Assembly (NCBI GenBank): GCA_030747785.1
Contig: JASLKC010000007.1
Coordinates: forward strand, 13,530-77,529
Reading direction: 5' to 3'
DNA length: 64,000 nucleotides
From: Candidatus Poseidoniaceae archaeon
GTDB lineage: Archaea; Thermoplasmatota; Poseidoniia; Poseidoniales; Poseidoniaceae
Below the pieces are notes generated by a model. That model was not told where the DNA came from. It did no database searches and saw nothing but the letters and a program-made list of their open reading frames with translations. The position numbers and the translations under genes are program-made. Each line of letters opens with the position of its first letter. Positions within the stretch are counted from its first letter, which is position 1. Positions 1-8,903 of this stretch are shown in pieces.

Positions 1-319
1 CACGAAGGCAAAAGATGCTCGCTAATGCCTCTTTACGCATATCGACTCAAAGGAGTGAGAGGGGACTCTTGGAGAATATTCAGAGTTGAAGTAGGGAAAA
101 TTCCAGGCCGGCTTGGAATGCTTTGCCGCAGGATACCACCCTTCCCACTCACCAGAAATGGTAAGCCATTTCTTGACTGGCAAGCTGGAATGCCATTGCA
201 CATGTTCCTCTCTCTTGTTTGCCGAACTTCTTCCACTGAAGGGTATACTTCTCTAGAAAAAAGGGCCCGTTCAATAGAAATCGATGCATCTCGTGATGAG
301 GAATTAATCCAAAATCGAC

Positions 320-1780
320 TCACAGATATGGTGCAACCATGATGAAAACTACCACGATTAACAATCCTAGTGAAGACAGCGTAGATGCTTTTCTAGTAAC
401 ATGTTCAACCCATAGTGGATGGATTTTCCATAATTTTGTCTTTTTCCCGATATTGCGTAGCCCATTCATTGACATCTGCACTAAATCTCTGAAGAGATGA
501 CCGCCATCAAAAGGAATCATTGGTATTAGATTAGTAAATCCAAGTAAAATGTTTACCCAAATCAGCCAGAACATCAGGTAGGTCAAGAAAAGAAGACCTT
601 CTAATCCAACGAGTTCTGCAAGCCAGCCATCTCCTGCTGCAAGCATTCCTTCCTCCACTGGGTGCATTGCAGAGCCCTGTAATTCGAATGGGGTGATAAG
701 GAGCGTTATGGTGTGCAATGGCCACATCACAGCATGCCCAAGAGGCGAGGCTTCAAACTCAGGGTGAGCAGGACCAGCGAGCCTGTCGATAGCAGCTGTT
801 CCATCGGCTAAATTTTGTACTCCGAGGAAGGCATCACCTTCCTCTATTCCGCTATTAGCAAGAACTTCTTCGTCATATCCCAATTCAATATAGTAAGCAT
901 ATTTGTCAGTCAATGTAACGGTAAGAGTCTCCTCCTCGCCAGTTTCTGATCTAATGATATCCATCGATACCACCTGCCCTGCCTCTAATCCATCCATTAC
1001 CGTTGTGAAGTCCTCAGAACTGCCAACCGATTGGTTATCTATTGCTAAGATGACATCCCATGGCTCCAAACCGGCTTCTTCTGCTCCAGAACCTACCACG
1101 ATACCCGTAGAATGTACACCGGGTTCAGCAGCAACGAATTGGCCTGCAATTCCACCGAGTAATAACATCAAGATGAATGCGGTGAAAATATTGGTTGAAG
1201 GGCCTGCAGCAAACATTCGCTGGCGTTCTCTTCGCGGCGCGTTTACAATTTCTGAATGTTCAGGTTCAGCAAATGCTCCAAGGGGTAATGGGCCAACCAT
1301 AAGAAGGCCAAAGTTCCTGATTCGCATGCCATGTGCTCTCGCTTGAATTCCATGGCCAAACTCATGAATAACTAGGCTGATAACGAATGCAATTACGCCC
1401 CATCCAAGTGGTATCATTGGATTTACACCTGGGATTGCTACTAATTCCGATGGAGAAGGGGGGTCGAGATTTGGTGGTGCCATTATTGCAGCAATTATTG
1501 CGAATATGAGAAATAAAGCGACTATGAGCATGGCAAACCAACAAACCCACAGGCTAACTTCGCCATATGCTCTCCAGAATTTCCGAGGCCGACTGATGAA
1601 TTCTAGGGCTTTTTTACCACGTGAAGTACGTAGCATCAATATTACAAAGAATACTCGAGAAGCATTCCAATCATCAAGACGTCCGCGTGCCTCCCAACTC
1701 TTGAGAAGCATATACCATCCAATAATCAAGAGGACGACTATGGGCCAATCTAATTCAATGCTGAGCCAGTCTCCTCCCAT
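320..1780 (-). CDS. Peptidase M50 (site-2 protease) family intramembrane zinc metalloprotease with PDZ-like insert
   Basis: 486-aa ORF. HEFGH zinc motif lies in a hydrophobic segment. NLIPMIPFDGGH (NxxPxxxxDG) motif occurs near the C-terminus. Several TM helices flank a soluble insert. Confidence 0.85.
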   Translation of the reverse strand: MGGDWLSIELDWPIVVLLIIGWYMLLKSWEARGRLDDWNASRVFFVILMLRTSRGKKALEFISRPRKFWRAYGEVSLWVCWFAMLIVALFLIFAIIAAIMAPPNLDPPSPSELVAIPGVNPMIPLGWGVIAFVISLVIHEFGHGIQARAHGMRIRNFGLLMVGPLPLGAFAEPEHSEIVNAPRRERQRMFAAGPSTNIFTAFILMLLLGGIAGQFVAAEPGVHSTGIVVGSGAEEAGLEPWDVILAIDNQSVGSSEDFTTVMDGLEAGQVVSMDIIRSETGEEETLTVTLTDKYAYYIELGYDEEVLANSGIEEGDAFLGVQNLADGTAAIDRLAGPAHPEFEASPLGHAVMWPLHTITLLITPFELQGSAMHPVEEGMLAAGDGWLAELVGLEGLLFLTYLMFWLIWVNILLGFTNLIPMIPFDGGHLFRDLVQMSMNGLRNIGKKTKLWKIHPLWVEHVTRKASTLSSLGLLIVVVFIMVAPYL

Positions 1781-1851
1781 GGTTGTCCCACTTCAATCGA
1801 CCACTTAACCCCGCCCGACGAGTTCTTGGCTGATGGGGGTATGCAAGTATC

Positions 1852-2373
1852 ATGGCGGAGCATGATGATGCAGTCAGGGACTGGTGTTCAAATTTCCATG
1901 GACAAGACCCTGTTGAGATATCTATGTGGGCCGACAAAAAGGATTTACTACAATTATTGATTAGACTTGAAGATAAAGTTGTAATTGCGGATTTGGAATG
2001 GAATGGTGAAGAAATTAGGGAAAATGGCTCCCTTTCTATTCCAATCGAGGGGTGGTCTCCCGGTTCTATTCAAACACGAAGGATGCCTGATGGCTTGGTG
2101 CGCTTTCGTCATCGAAACTCCGAGATAATGCTAGCACCAAAGGTAAGAGCTCCAGAATGGGCAAGTGCATTATTAGAAAAGTGGCTTCTTTCCATGCGAG
2201 GAGATAGCAATCAACCTAGAGATCGCAGACGAAGACTCTCCGATATCAAGAGAAATCGAGAGACGGTAATGCGGATGCTCGAACAAGCCGCTATGGATAC
2301 TATTCACGAAGGCGTTTCTCAGGTGGAAATGAAAATTTCTGTAATCGATAATCGCCTAACAGGAAGGCAATAA
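1852..2373 (+). CDS. Hypothetical protein
   Basis: 173-aa ORF exactly filling the gap between two minus-strand genes. I recognise no motif. Confidence 0.45.
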   Translation: MAEHDDAVRDWCSNFHGQDPVEISMWADKKDLLQLLIRLEDKVVIADLEWNGEEIRENGSLSIPIEGWSPGSIQTRRMPDGLVRFRHRNSEIMLAPKVRAPEWASALLEKWLLSMRGDSNQPRDRRRRLSDIKRNRETVMRMLEQAAMDTIHEGVSQVEMKISVIDNRLTGRQ

Positions 2374-3321
2374 TCACTCTTCTTCACCTAATGCGCTAAC
2401 TAATGCAGCCATTGCATCTTCTCTTTCTGCCTCTATCATCTCAGGTGAGCCTACCAATAATTTTCTTGCAACCGGCTCCAGAACAACTGGGGCTGCTAAA
2501 ATACCTCCAATTGTCAGGATGAGGTAGAAAAAGGAAGAGCCGGGAACTTGAGAAACGCCAGGGGAATCACCACCGCTAACAAATAACTTCACAACACCAA
2601 GCCATGGGATTTCTGCCCCTGCAATACCGATTATCCACTCACTTTTTATTGGTTGAATCATGCCGCTATGCCCTGACATTACTCCGCCATATGGTTGGAA
2701 AAACGCTTGGTCATCGCTGCAATTATTATTGTCGCCTAGAGTGATGAATCCGGGATGGCGTGGAATCTTCTCACTTGCATTCAACCAGTTTTCACCACAA
2801 GAATACAGACCAGTATCATTGCCATCAAAGGAGAAAGTGATGCTTTCTACATCGATTTGGTCGGTACCGGGTACAGTCCATGAAAGGATGCATTGGTCCT
2901 CATGTAGAACACCTTCATCACAAGTTCCATTCGAATTTGGCGCAATGGTTCTCTCCGCAAGAATACTAATGATCACACGATGAATAATGGGGGTTGAATC
3001 GGTTTCTCCATTACGATTGTAAATGATTACATCGCCTGCTGTTCCATGACTCTCATGCCCATAATTTGCATTATTGGGGTCTGTAGCTTCTGCGTATGAA
3101 ATGATGGTTTTTGATTCTGGAGAGTGAACCAATACTAAATCGCCAGCATCGATAGCACCCAATTGGCCGTCTGAATCATGCATCATTGACTTGGATTCAA
3201 CAACAACGAGGGGGGGCATTGTCCCAGTGTGAGCCCACATACCAAGCACGATAATACCGATCATACCACCTGCGAGAATTAATTCTCGAACCAAGGTGAA
3301 TACTGGTTCTTTCTCCGCCAT
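2374..3321 (-). CDS. Signal peptidase I, archaeal/Sec11 type (S26B), with enlarged ectodomain and C-terminal TM helix
   Basis: Start moved to ATG at 3321 (MAEKEP...), which removes the overlap with the upstream gene. N-terminal TM, ESKSMMH (Ser box), GDLVLV, GDVIIY and IIHRV (His box) are present. C-terminal TM is followed by a tail ending in EEE. Confidence 0.7.
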   Translation of the reverse strand: MAEKEPVFTLVRELILAGGMIGIIVLGMWAHTGTMPPLVVVESKSMMHDSDGQLGAIDAGDLVLVHSPESKTIISYAEATDPNNANYGHESHGTAGDVIIYNRNGETDSTPIIHRVIISILAERTIAPNSNGTCDEGVLHEDQCILSWTVPGTDQIDVESITFSFDGNDTGLYSCGENWLNASEKIPRHPGFITLGDNNNCSDDQAFFQPYGGVMSGHSGMIQPIKSEWIIGIAGAEIPWLGVVKLFVSGGDSPGVSQVPGSSFFYLILTIGGILAAPVVLEPVARKLLVGSPEMIEAEREDAMAALVSALGEEE

Positions 3322-3335
3322 CTGGGGTGTGGGAC

Positions 3336-3710
3336 TCAGCCGCGCTTCTTCAACCCCTTCTCCACAAGGAAGGCGTTCCACACTTCTGCATGGCCTCCGC
3401 CAAGAATTCGAGCGGCTTCATCGCCATCGGCTCGACGCTTGGAAAACTCGCTACTTGAAGAGAGAGACATAATCTCTTTCATATCGTTCTCATAACCTTT
3501 GAGTCGCATGAATTCTGGGGCTACAACAAATAATCCTAAGACGCCGATTACCATTCCAACAATACCTAGTTCAGTATAATCGTCATATCCTTTGTAATCC
3601 TGTAAAAAGAAAAGTTGAAGGGTTGCTAATAGTGTCAAACCACCAAAGAGAAAGGTGCCAGTAGCCGCTATTCTCAATTGGCGTCCGTGTTGTTCTGCCC
3701 AGAGCCCCAT
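3336..3710 (-). CDS. Small membrane protein (two predicted TM helices)
   Basis: 124-aa ORF with two hydrophobic stretches, lying 14 nt upstream of the signal peptidase gene on the same strand. Confidence 0.45.
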   Translation of the reverse strand: MGLWAEQHGRQLRIAATGTFLFGGLTLLATLQLFFLQDYKGYDDYTELGIVGMVIGVLGLFVVAPEFMRLKGYENDMKEIMSLSSSSEFSKRRADGDEAARILGGGHAEVWNAFLVEKGLKKRG

Positions 3711-3809
3711 CTTCTCCCCTACATAGCCACTGTACTGTCATCTATTCAGTGATTTCCCTTCAAAACGGCTCTGACCTGTAGGAGGATTGTTCAAATGGCA
3801 TGATAACGC

Positions 3810-3826
3810 GTGGGCCAAAGGCCCAC
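3810..3826. repeat. Perfect inverted repeat GTGGGCC-AAA-GGCCCAC in the leader of the giant surface-protein gene
   Basis: Read directly: 7-bp arms and a 3-nt loop, 22 nt upstream of ATG 3848. It is followed by the SD-like AAGGAG. Confidence 0.8.
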
Positions 3827-3847
3827 AGGGGCAAAGGAGATGCTTTC

Positions 3848-6800
3848 ATGCGAACTGCACTATTTCTCGTGACACTATTTCTCGTCTCTCTCACAAGCCC
3901 TCTCGCAGCAGGCGATGTGACTGAAACTCAATTCAATGATGGGTCTACAAGTTATACTCACACTTTCCAAGGAATTGGAGATGGGAAGGCAGGAAATCTT
4001 ACTTTTCCCTATGGTGCTGAAGTGACTAGTGCCTCTTTCGACCTCACTGGAAAGGCTTCTACAACCGCTTGGGCTAATTACACGAATGATTCAGATTTCG
4101 GAGGAGCAGGTAGCGCTGCATGGTCTGGAATGCCTCCAGGTTTCGCATATGGTTTCAAATCGAATATGAATATGGAAAACGGTGATGTTGAACTCATTGG
4201 AAATCCATCCGATTCAATGACCGCTTTATCGCGAAGTACCGACATCGCTTCAACTACTGGCAACCACAATACTACAGGTGCATTCATTGCAAATGGAGAC
4301 CAAGGATTCATTGGCTCTTCGGAAAGCCTTTCGGCGATTAGCCTTACAGGTTCTTCTTCTACTTACGCTGGAGCATGGGTCAAACAATACGATGAGTACC
4401 ACGTATTCACCTATACTACTACCAATACCTATACTCCAACTCTCAAGAGATTTAATGCTAGTACAGGAGCGTATATCGGCCTAGGATCTTTCTCATCTGG
4501 AACTTGTGGCACAACTACTGCGCAAGGCTATACCTATGATGCAACAAGTGATGGGAATGGAACTGTTTACACCGCTTCCTATTCCTACCGATATGTCGTG
4601 AAATGGACTGTTTCCACTTCGGGTTCTTGGACCTGTACTAATCTACATTCTTTTTCTGGGAATTATTATCCCGCTGGAATTGACATAGATGAGGACAGCG
4701 GTAGAATGTTTGTCTTGGTGTATGACTCTGGCTCATTCCCTAATTACAATAGATACCTGTACGAAGTTGATCCCACTAACCCAGGTCAGATCAATGGAAG
4801 TTGGTTACTCGGAAGTCGAGACCAACTCGGGGATTCGAATACAATGCCTGCTGGACTTTTTGTTGACCTTCCAAAAATAACGACCAATGAATATTATAGC
4901 AGCCGTGGCCACCATTCACACTTTACTTTCAGTGGTAATTTCGTAACTATGACCGGCAAGCAGTCATTCAATTATGGCGGCCATTATGGAATAGAAGAAT
5001 TTGGTGATGGAAGTTTAGGGTTCACTTGCTTCTATTCCAGTTACTGTTCAGGAAGAACAAATAAAATTCATCGTATGGGAACCGGTACCCCATATGATGA
5101 AAGAACACCTACCTCTACTTCCTCTGTAGTCACAAGTGCTACCAAGTTTCTGACCAAATCGGTTAATGACATTACAATCAAAGGAATAGTAGGTTATATT
5201 CCTGCAAATACAAGCATTGAACTCGAGGTTTCCAATGATGGGGGTACTACTTGGAAGAAGGGGTCTGCTGGGCAGAAGTTATCTTTCACTAATGCAGGCC
5301 AACAAATAACTTGGAGAGCTTACCTAAACGGCACTAGTAGTGAGACTCCGATTTTGGATTTCGTCACTCTTACCTATACGATATCATACCAAACTAGTGG
5401 ATATTTCTACATCCGCTCCAATTATTATTCTGGAAGCGGCGCTCCAGTAGCTATTACCGCTTGGTGGAATTCAACTGTTCCTGCAAGTTCATCGATTTCG
5501 ATTGAATTGCAAGCCGGTTCTACGAGCACTTTCACTTATTCTGGTGAATCAAAATCGGTGACCATGACGAGTGGATATATCTACATCTATGTCAGATTTT
5601 CAGGACCTGGCACCTCATCCCCGGTACTGCATGATATGAATTTAGCATTACATTCAAACGCCCCTGATAGAGTGGGGATCGATGTTGGAGGAGACGGTAG
5701 TAATGAATGGTCTAGTACGGGTGTTCTATTAGGTACTACAACCAAGGGAGGTGCGGCTTTTGTAAGTGCATTCAACAGTTTAATCCCCGATATTGGAAGT
5801 GGTAATGTAGAAATCCCTATTCACATTAATAGCCAATCCAGCGGTATCGTTACCCTTGACAGATTCAGTGTCACTTACAAGGTTAATACTGTCAATTTAG
5901 ATATCTCAATTCCCGAGGGAGAAATCCTCCACGAAAGAACAGAGCCATATGAAGTAGTGACTAGACATATTGTAGGTGATGGAACAAATAACTACATCCA
6001 GCAGGCTGAATTGAAATTCAAGGCTAGCCCGCAGTCATCGGCTCCAATATTAGAATGGCAAGATGGAGACATCTTCCCTAACCCTAATGATCCCGAAGAC
6101 TGGATAGAAATGGATGCATCCTCTTGGTCATCTCAAAGCAATGGTATTCTTGAAATCCATTGGCTATTCTATATCACCTCAAATTTCCCAGACCAAAACA
6201 ATGTGAGATTCCAGACTGATTGCCTCGACAATAGTGGAAATAATGGATACGCACCTCAAAGCCTCCTGAGTTCTAGCGGATTAAGAGTGAACAACTCATT
6301 CGGACTAGGTTGGCTAAAAGTAAGAGATAATGCAGGTGAATTTACCTCCGATGATGTTGAAGATGGTTCTTGGATTGCTGCAGGAGATACTGTACACTTC
6401 CAAGGAGCGATGTGGTATGCTGACAGTGAGGATGCACCAAAAGATAGTGCATTTGACATTCGAGTAGCACAGAATGGATTCGTCCATGCAAATTGGAGAG
6501 ATACCACAAATGTCAATGGTTCTTTCTTCATCTCAATAGATATTCCAAACATCGATGTTGAGGAAGGTGTAACATACGAGATTCAAACCTATAATGAGCG
6601 AGATGCTACGAAGGTCCTTCCATCAAATTCGGATTGGGCTCGAACTTTCAAAATTGATGCAACACATCCCGAATCATTGTCAACTTACCCGCTAAATGAT
6701 GCGTACGAAGCTGCAGATCAACAGCAAGAAATCAATGTGAAGGTTGCAGACGCTGTTGGCGATCCAACAGAACTGAAACTCTTCTATTGGGTAGAAGCCG

Positions 6801-7159
6801 ACCATGACATGAATCGAAATGGAGAGGCCGACCCTTCGGAATATGCAATGAAGTTAGTTACCAATACTACTGAGGCAGATGAGAAACTTTTCATCACCTC
6901 AATCGACCATTCAAGAAATGCTAACATGGGCCGTGTTTCGTATTATTGGGACGGTGGAGACATGGCAGGTAATCCTCTACACAAAACTGCTATTGTTGAC
7001 GATGAAACGTATAGTTTTGAAGGTGGACCTGGATTCGATGCAGACGATGCAACATTCAGAACACGAAAGGATTCAAGCGCTGTATTTACTGGATTAACTT
7101 GGGATGGCCATAGTGATGGTTCTCCGATTTTCGCCGGTACTCAACATCCATTACTCTAG
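3848..7159 (+). CDS. Giant secreted surface protein, N-terminal portion (signal peptide, no membrane anchor)
   Basis: Start set at MRTALFLVTLFLVSLTSPLAAG, a signal-peptide-like N-terminus. The protein is S/T/G/N-rich with beta-rich composition. It ends at TAG 7157-7159 without any anchor. Confidence 0.6.
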   Translation: MRTALFLVTLFLVSLTSPLAAGDVTETQFNDGSTSYTHTFQGIGDGKAGNLTFPYGAEVTSASFDLTGKASTTAWANYTNDSDFGGAGSAAWSGMPPGFAYGFKSNMNMENGDVELIGNPSDSMTALSRSTDIASTTGNHNTTGAFIANGDQGFIGSSESLSAISLTGSSSTYAGAWVKQYDEYHVFTYTTTNTYTPTLKRFNASTGAYIGLGSFSSGTCGTTTAQGYTYDATSDGNGTVYTASYSYRYVVKWTVSTSGSWTCTNLHSFSGNYYPAGIDIDEDSGRMFVLVYDSGSFPNYNRYLYEVDPTNPGQINGSWLLGSRDQLGDSNTMPAGLFVDLPKITTNEYYSSRGHHSHFTFSGNFVTMTGKQSFNYGGHYGIEEFGDGSLGFTCFYSSYCSGRTNKIHRMGTGTPYDERTPTSTSSVVTSATKFLTKSVNDITIKGIVGYIPANTSIELEVSNDGGTTWKKGSAGQKLSFTNAGQQITWRAYLNGTSSETPILDFVTLTYTISYQTSGYFYIRSNYYSGSGAPVAITAWWNSTVPASSSISIELQAGSTSTFTYSGESKSVTMTSGYIYIYVRFSGPGTSSPVLHDMNLALHSNAPDRVGIDVGGDGSNEWSSTGVLLGTTTKGGAAFVSAFNSLIPDIGSGNVEIPIHINSQSSGIVTLDRFSVTYKVNTVNLDISIPEGEILHERTEPYEVVTRHIVGDGTNNYIQQAELKFKASPQSSAPILEWQDGDIFPNPNDPEDWIEMDASSWSSQSNGILEIHWLFYITSNFPDQNNVRFQTDCLDNSGNNGYAPQSLLSSSGLRVNNSFGLGWLKVRDNAGEFTSDDVEDGSWIAAGDTVHFQGAMWYADSEDAPKDSAFDIRVAQNGFVHANWRDTTNVNGSFFISIDIPNIDVEEGVTYEIQTYNERDATKVLPSNSDWARTFKIDATHPESLSTYPLNDAYEAADQQQEINVKVADAVGDPTELKLFYWVEADHDMNRNGEADPSEYAMKLVTNTTEADEKLFITSIDHSRNANMGRVSYYWDGGDMAGNPLHKTAIVDDETYSFEGGPGFDADDATFRTRKDSSAVFTGLTWDGHSDGSPIFAGTQHPLL

Positions 7160-8853
7160 GATTAATTGATGCAAATACCGCTATCGACTTCGAATATATC
7201 GATTTGGTTTTCGACTTTGAAGGACCAGACCCAGAAGTCGACCAACAGAAAATTTCCTATTATGGTATGTCAGATATCTTTGGGTCATCTAGCGACTTCA
7301 TTTCGCTATCTCAGAGTTCCAATATGATTCAAACCACTAATGATAGTGGAATGCCTTGGATTATTGTCACCTACGATTTCGTCATTGGATGGGAGTGGCC
7401 GGATGAAGACATTAGCGATCTTGCTTTGGAATACAAGGAAAGAGGGTCCCCTGATCCAACAAGAATCATAATCGCTGAGCATACATTCTTTGTAGAAAAT
7501 GACCTCGTGCTCGATGCATCCACATTTTTGGTAGAAGATATCAGTGAACCTCGAACCGGCATCATCGCAGATGGTAGTCGAGTTCGCAATGATGATCGCC
7601 TTGAATTCACAGGAAAGGTAGTCTTTGAGGGCAGTAATCATCCTGCTCCGAGAGACGCCTCAATCGAAGTCGAAGTTTTCGATGGCGAGCACATCTGGTC
7701 GGATGGTAGCCTTGCTGAAGATGGCGGGTATTCTATCGAAGTTCCATTAGCTAGTGCAGAAAGCCTACGTTCTTCACCTACCCGTACTTGTTTGATCAGT
7801 ATTGGCGGCATTCCTGGAAAGGGTGAAGATATGACTGGTCAAACAGTTTCAACCACACTAAGAGTTGTTGTTGATGATACTGCACCCCGAGTAGTCAGTA
7901 GAATCTCTCCACTGAATGTTATCGACATATCTACCACTACGGATTTGACAAAGGTCCCTGTAGAATTCAAGGGAACTGAAGATGCTGACATGACTGGTAG
8001 TCAACAGAAGGTCCACTGGGTCATGCGTGACTCAAGCCGAACTTTGACGATGGGAGCAGGTAATGCGATCTTAGGAATGCAACAAGATGGTCAATCAGTA
8101 ATCTGGACTGGCACGGTCGATCTTACCGATGGTGGAATGATTGAACCAAGAGAAGGCGATTGGATTGGTTTCTATCTAACTGGGCATGATGCAGCTGGAA
8201 ATGAATTCCCGTTGGTATCAAATTCTGAGGCCAGCCCAATTCCTGAAATCGCTACAGATGATACCGACTTTGAACGCCAATGGGTACGACTTGGGGCAAT
8301 AGGTCCACAACTGAAGATTGATTCTATTCACTTATCTGATGACCACATAGCGCCAGGACAGACCATTTCTATCACTGCTGATGTCCACAACGTAGGAGGC
8401 TCAACACCAAGCCAATTCAAGGTCTCATTCTATGCCGGAAATGAAATCATACCATTTGCATCTTCGACTCTAAACAGTATCGAGGCTGATGAAATAATTC
8501 CAGTATCGGTTACATGGAGTGCTGAAGAAGGGGTTGACCGAATCAGAGTCGTTGTCGATCCAGATGATGTAATTGTTGAAGTCAATGATGACGATAATAC
8601 CGCTGAACACAGGGTTGACATTGTCTATGTTTCATTCATGGGATGGTTTGATTCAATTAGAGAACAGCCGTTAATTTGGATTTTCTCAGTCCTTTCATTC
8701 ATTGTGTTAATCGGCATTGGAGTCACCGCCAGTCGTACCGCAATTAATCATGGTGAAAGTGCCCTTCTCGATGACGAGGAATGGTATGAAGAAGACGGTG
8801 AATACGAAGACTATGATGAAGAAGATGATGACGGATACGATGATGAATACTGA
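7117..8853 (+). CDS. C-terminal portion of the same surface protein (CARDB-like domain, TM helix, acidic tail), in a different frame
   Basis: The frame is open from 7117 and overlaps the end of the upstream ORF. The only start candidate is TTG at 7204, with no signal peptide. A CARDB-like segment (APGQTISITADVHNVGG...VVVDPDD) is followed by a TM helix and a D/E/Y-rich tail. Confidence 0.55.
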   Translation, partial: WFSDFRRYSTSITLGLIDANTAIDFEYIDLVFDFEGPDPEVDQQKISYYGMSDIFGSSSDFISLSQSSNMIQTTNDSGMPWIIVTYDFVIGWEWPDEDISDLALEYKERGSPDPTRIIIAEHTFFVENDLVLDASTFLVEDISEPRTGIIADGSRVRNDDRLEFTGKVVFEGSNHPAPRDASIEVEVFDGEHIWSDGSLAEDGGYSIEVPLASAESLRSSPTRTCLISIGGIPGKGEDMTGQTVSTTLRVVVDDTAPRVVSRISPLNVIDISTTTDLTKVPVEFKGTEDADMTGSQQKVHWVMRDSSRTLTMGAGNAILGMQQDGQSVIWTGTVDLTDGGMIEPREGDWIGFYLTGHDAAGNEFPLVSNSEASPIPEIATDDTDFERQWVRLGAIGPQLKIDSIHLSDDHIAPGQTISITADVHNVGGSTPSQFKVSFYAGNEIIPFASSTLNSIEADEIIPVSVTWSAEEGVDRIRVVVDPDDVIVEVNDDDNTAEHRVDIVYVSFMGWFDSIREQPLIWIFSVLSFIVLIGIGVTASRTAINHGESALLDDEEWYEEDGEYEDYDEEDDDGYDDEY

Positions 8854-8903
8854 TTTCATCAAATTCGACGGACTCATGAACCAGTGGCTTCGCCCATCCA
8901 CTC

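Noticed and set aside
1-342. A plus-strand frame is open from the window edge to 342 (the 105-aa ORF 25-342), and an antisense 96-aa ORF spans 33-323. I also considered a structured RNA such as SRP or RNase P RNA here.
   Set aside because: Both translations are R/S/P/C-rich and unlike the acidic proteins elsewhere in the window. I recognise no motif and could not find SRP helix-8 or RNase P conserved-region sequences. It may be the 3' end of a gene starting outside the window, but I cannot support a call.
8838-8855. A C/D-box-like string, GATGATGAATACTGA (C-box-like TGATGA followed by CTGA).
   Set aside because: The two boxes are only about 4 nt apart with no guide region or terminal stem. 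The string simply encodes the acidic C-terminus (..DDEY-stop) of the surface protein.
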